A DNA stretch of 64,000 nt from Octopus vulgaris. Taxonomy: Eukaryota. The position numbers were made by a program, and so were the translations under genes. Of the stretch, positions 62,518 to 64,000 are shown one piece after another; the stretch's first letter is position 1, and each line of letters starts with the position of its first letter. Where the stretch lies: positions 129,208,001 to 129,272,000 of the forward strand of contig OX597814.1 in assembly GCA_951406725.2 (NCBI GenBank), written 5' to 3'. Below the pieces are notes generated by a model. It had not been told where the DNA came from and searched no databases. It saw nothing but the letters and a program-made list of their open reading frames with translations.

Positions 62518-62822
62518 GTGGAGGTGCAATGGCCCAGTGGTTAGGGCAGCAGACTCGCAATCGTAAGATTGCAGTTTCGATTCCCAGACCGGGCGTTGTG
62601 AGTGTTTATTGATACGAAAACACCTAAAGGCTTCACGAGGCTTCGGCAGGGGGTGGTGGGGATCCCTGCTGTACTCTTTTGCCACAACTTTCTCTCACTC
62701 TTTCTTCTGTTGACCTGCTCATTTAGCCAGCAGCGTGGCGTCATTTGAAGGCTAAAACAATGTGAAATGCATTGTGACCAGCTATGTGTAGCAACATCTG
62801 ATAACCTGGTCGGTCACGGTGA
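62518..62822 (+). mobile_element. SINE-C head with alternative tail Y
   Basis: Matches SINE-C up to ctctcactctttcttc (~62708), then switches to sequence matching 1881-1991 (-) and 7462-7575 (-). Confidence 0.88.
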
Positions 62823-63098
62823 TATATATATATATATAGACATGCATGTACAGTGATGCAGATGTGGTTAACATGTTAACCACCACATGATCATTGTTTA
62901 ACTGAACATAACATGTTAACGAGCTCACTTTGTAACCACATGGGTCCAAGTCTGATCATACTACATAATATAAAGCTTGATCAATTCCTTGCAATTGGAA
63001 TTTTATAAGGGAAAACTGTACAGAAGCTATTCACAAATGTGTGCATGTGTGCTCATATGTGTGTGTGTATGTAAGTATATATGTGTGTATATATATAT

Positions 63099-63133
<35 letters not shown>

Positions 63134-63141
63134 CATACATA

Positions 63142-63385
63142 GTTGAAATTTACAGAAAAACAAAAGACGAAGGTGTATTAGCTTAACGTTTGGGAAGGTG
63201 AGAAAATCTTTTACATTTCAAGCCTACTCTCTTCAAGGAACATGAGGAAATAAACAGAGAGAGAATTTTATTCTCTCTCTGTTTATTTCCTCGTGTTCCT
63301 TTCTGTTGAAGAGTGTAAGCTCGAAACATAAAAGATTTTCTCACCTTCCTGAGCATTAAACTAATACACCTGTTTGTTGTTTATA
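63142..63385. mobile_element. Penelope-like foldback (head-to-head inverted copies)
   Basis: Imperfect palindrome 63171-63371 centred on gagaat-ttt-attctc (63261-63275), embedded in TA/CA microsatellite. Confidence 0.6.
63299..63334 (+). ncRNA. Hammerhead-like motif with variant CUGUUGA core (second family)
   Basis: CUUU CUGUUGA A GAGU-GUAA-GCUC GAAA CA U A AAAG, homologous to 7871-7906. Confidence 0.5.
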
Positions 63386-63734
63386 TATATATATGTGTGT
63401 GTGTGTGTATACATACATACATACATATATGTGTGTGGTGGGGGGGCTCTGTGTGTGTGTATATATAAATGATATTTAAGAGGAGAATTCAAGTGGGTTC
63501 AGCAATTTATATAAACATATATTCAGCCATTAACTGATGTATATCAGTTATTAAGATATATTAATGTAACAGTCATTAATATATTAAAACATATTAAAAA
63601 TTTATGAATACATAAATATATATATAAAAGTATAATATAAATATATGGGTAGAAAAATCAAATTGAGGTATAAAAATTTTGATGTATAAAATTATTAATA
63701 TCTTGAACTACTATCCAATTGCTAGATTAAAAGT

Positions 63735-64000
63735 CATCATCATCGTTTAACGTCCGCTTTCCATGCTAGCATGGGTTGGACGGTTTGACTGGGGACTGAC
63801 AAGCCAGGAGGCTGCACCAGGCTCCAGTCTGATCTGGCAGTGTCTCTACAGCTGGATGCCCTTCCTAACGCCAACCACCCCAAGAGTGTAGTGGGTGCTT
63901 TTTACGTGCCACCGGCATGGGGGCCAGTCAGACGGTCCTGGCAATGACCTCGCTTGAATCTTTTACACATGGCACCAGCACGGGTACCAGAAGGCGATGC
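63735..64000 (-). mobile_element. Element E, runs off the window edge
   Basis: catcatcatcgtttaacgtccgctttccatgctagcatggg... Confidence 0.88.

Overview
AT-rich, extremely repeat-dense eukaryotic DNA, most likely from an octopus (coleoid cephalopod). This is inferred from the SINE families; the species cannot be determined. The only host gene is a + strand multi-PDZ scaffold, a GRIP1/GRIP2 (glutamate receptor-interacting protein) orthologue. Six coding exons (72, 64, 146, 163, 146 and 148 nt; 739 nt total) have canonical AG/GT sites and compatible phases. They splice into one open frame encoding PDZ1, PDZ2 and the first half of PDZ3; the gene's start and end were not found in the window. The rest is intronic/non-coding: at least four tRNA-derived SINE families (labelled A-D here), a (GAT)n-tailed retroposon with an internal hairpin array (E), an (AAC)n-tailed repeat (F), CR1- and RTE-type LINE remnants, bipartite RTE-derived short elements, piggyBac-, Tc2-, mariner- and Mutator-like MITEs, Penelope-like fragments and many microsatellites. 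Almost all short ORFs in the track are artefacts of these repeats. The most interesting non-genic signals are: (i) minimal hammerhead-ribozyme motifs from several families, one with an intact core, two of them in foldback structures; (ii) an array of three SINEs separated by four copies of one target-site sequence; (iii) a SINE/LINE pair sharing a 3' tail with a covarying stem-loop; (iv) head/tail module swapping among SINEs. Family letters are my working labels, and boundaries of diverged repeats are approximate (about +/-10-20 bp).
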